A stretch of DNA of 64,000 nt, from the NCBI GenBank assembly GCA_964016885.1, contig OZ024741.1, forward strand, positions 10,974,001 to 11,038,000, read 5' to 3'. Positions 63,009-64,000 of the stretch are shown here, piece by piece. Position 1 is the first letter of the stretch, and every line of letters starts with the position of its first letter. The notes under the pieces were generated by a model. The model was not told the origin of the DNA, did not search any database, and saw nothing but the letters and a program-made list of their open reading frames with translations. Origin of the DNA: Eledone cirrhosa (Eukaryota). A program made the position numbers and the translations under genes.

Positions 63009-63082
63009 TGAAAGGTGATGGTATGGAGCAGGTGTGAGGATCATGTGACCTTAGACAGAACCCTCATGGGTTTTAATCATCA

Positions 63083-63391
63083 ATGTTCCAGTTATTTGAT
63101 CAACGGGACAGCCAGCTCATGAAATTGATATTGAAGTGGCTGAATATACCACAGCCAGACACTTTGTATGACAAGGATGGCCCTTTGAAATATAGGCACA
63201 GTCTATATGGTGGGCCTCCTTCAAACAGTTTCTATCTATCCAATTTTAGTCACATGGAATGGGTCAACCCGAGTGTACGGGACATAACACTTGCCGAATA
63301 TGCTGAACACACAAGACGGACCCGCTTGGCGTCGCGGTCGGGATTTTCCATATCTCTACACCCCACGTACATTACCTGTTCCAATGATTAG
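63083..63391 (+). CDS. Hypothetical 102-codon ORF, possibly a terminal coding exon from 63092; no recognised family
   Basis: The only non-repetitive ORF in the window, with balanced amino-acid use and higher GC than the satellite. A possible acceptor (ttttaatcatcaatgttccAG, AG at 63090-63091) is in phase 0, stop TAG is at 63389-63391, and AATAAA lies downstream. No homology recognised. Confidence 0.3.
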   Translation: MFQLFDQRDSQLMKLILKWLNIPQPDTLYDKDGPLKYRHSLYGGPPSNSFYLSNFSHMEWVNPSVRDITLAEYAEHTRRTRLASRSGFSISLHPTYITCSND

Positions 63392-63564
63392 TACACATAT
63401 ATAGGGAAAGGACGAAGGCTTCAAAAACATCATATTTGTCCGGTCATTTGCCGTTTGAAAACGTAAACTTATTATTTAATGAAGCTGTCTGATGAGATCA
63501 CGACACTGGTTCTGTAAAGTAACGTGACCACTGTCGCCATTGAAATATGTATCACACCCTTATA

Positions 63565-63570
63565 AATAAA
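63565..63570 (+). promoter_or_regulatory. Candidate polyadenylation signal AATAAA
   Basis: AATAAA ~175 nt after the ORF stop, followed by T-rich sequence. The hexamer is common by chance in AT-rich DNA. Confidence 0.25.
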
Positions 63571-63610
63571 GGACTTTAGCATTTACAGCTACTTCGCATT
63601 TTCTTATTCC

Positions 63611-63616
<6 letters not shown>

Positions 63617-63700
<84 letters not shown>
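63617..63700. repeat. Compound dinucleotide microsatellite (CT)18(AT)24
   Basis: Perfect CT run 63617-63652 directly followed by a perfect AT run 63653-63700. Confidence 0.98.
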
Positions 63701-63704
<4 letters not shown>

Positions 63705-63774
63705 AAAAAGAGATGAAATCGAAAATGCAACTGGAGTCTTATTTTTTTAAAATATATATATATTTATTTGGTTC

Positions 63775-63810
63775 CTTTACCGGTTTCGCAGTTCTTCTGT
63801 TTTTCAAAAG
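63775..63810 (-). ncRNA. Second, inverted copy of the hammerhead-like motif (more degenerate)
   Basis: Minus strand reads CTT TTGAAAA ACAG-aagaa-CTGC GAAA CCGG TA AAG. Stem II has lost its closing G-C pair and stem I is 3 bp. Confidence 0.4.
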
Positions 63811-63846
63811 TATGTGAGAAAAACCACAGACCCTCCATCTCAACTC

Positions 63847-63886
63847 TTCTTTTGAAAAGCAGAAGAACTGCGAAACCGGTAAAGGA
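63847..63886 (+). ncRNA. Degenerate minimal type-I hammerhead-ribozyme-like motif
   Basis: TTCTT [TTGAAAA] GCAG-aagaa-CTGC [GAAA] CCGG [TA] AAGGA: stem I (5 bp including one G-U), CUGANGA box with 2 mismatches, perfect 4-bp stem II, GAAA, palindromic ACCGGT stem III and UH site, in canonical order. Confidence 0.55.
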
Positions 63887-64000
63887 ACCAAATAAATATA
63901 TATATATTTTTAAAAATAAGACTCCAGTTGCATTTTCGATTTCATCTTTTTTTCTTTATACTTTCACTCGTGTAGGACACCTCGGTTATTTTTCATTTTG

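Larger units (their letters stand above)
63698..63960. repeat. Long inverted repeat: arms 63698-63810 (113 bp) and 63849-63960 (112 bp), 38-bp spacer
   Basis: The reverse complement of the right arm aligns to the left arm with about 3 mismatches and 1 indel, e.g. GGTTCCTTTACCGGTTTCGCAGTTCTTCTG / CAGAAGAACTGCGAAACCGGTAAAGGAACC. Confidence 0.97.
63698..64000 (+). mobile_element. Probable Penelope-like retroelement terminal-repeat (pLTR) remnant with inverted duplication; MITE/foldback is the alternative
   Basis: Minimal hammerhead fold followed by AATAAA (63891-63896) and AT-rich sequence, present as an inverted pair next to a (TA)n tract. This matches known PLE end architecture. No RT or GIY-YIG coding sequence is visible in the window. 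Confidence 0.45.

Noticed and set aside
63040-63085. tRNA-derived SINE B-box-like CATGGGTTTTAATC
   Set aside because: Poor match to GTTCRANNC, with no convincing A box or cloverleaf.
63489-63550. Canonical hammerhead box CTGATGA at 63489-63495
   Set aside because: TCACG/CGTGA could pair, but GAAA does not follow that stem directly and I could not build stems I and III.

Overview
About 97.5% of the window (1 to ~62,405, running off the left edge) is one AT-rich 30-bp tandem satellite, consensus ACACTGTTTACTGTAGATATATTGTACTTT (~27% GC, no CpG), with roughly 2,080 head-to-tail copies in one orientation. Nearly all ORFs in the track are read-throughs of this repeat (30 bp = 10 codons; 4 of 6 frames lack stops), not genes. 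Linked variants and indels show nested higher-order structure (~1.7, ~3.3-3.5 and ~6-7.5 kb units), several near-perfect recent duplications, and a layered layout in which the right edge shares variants with the left domain. The last ~1.6 kb is non-satellite, eukaryote-like DNA: (CCA)n/(AAC)15, a C-rich degenerate pentamer tract, a 102-codon ORF that could be a terminal exon, (CT)18(AT)24, and a ~113-bp inverted repeat. Each arm of that repeat carries a degenerate minimal hammerhead-ribozyme fold, suggesting a Penelope-like retroelement end. The source is probably an animal genome (inference only). No prokaryotic genes, CRISPR array, tRNA or rRNA are supported, and I cannot claim a new biological system. 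All counts and offsets were made by eye and from ORF-track coordinates.
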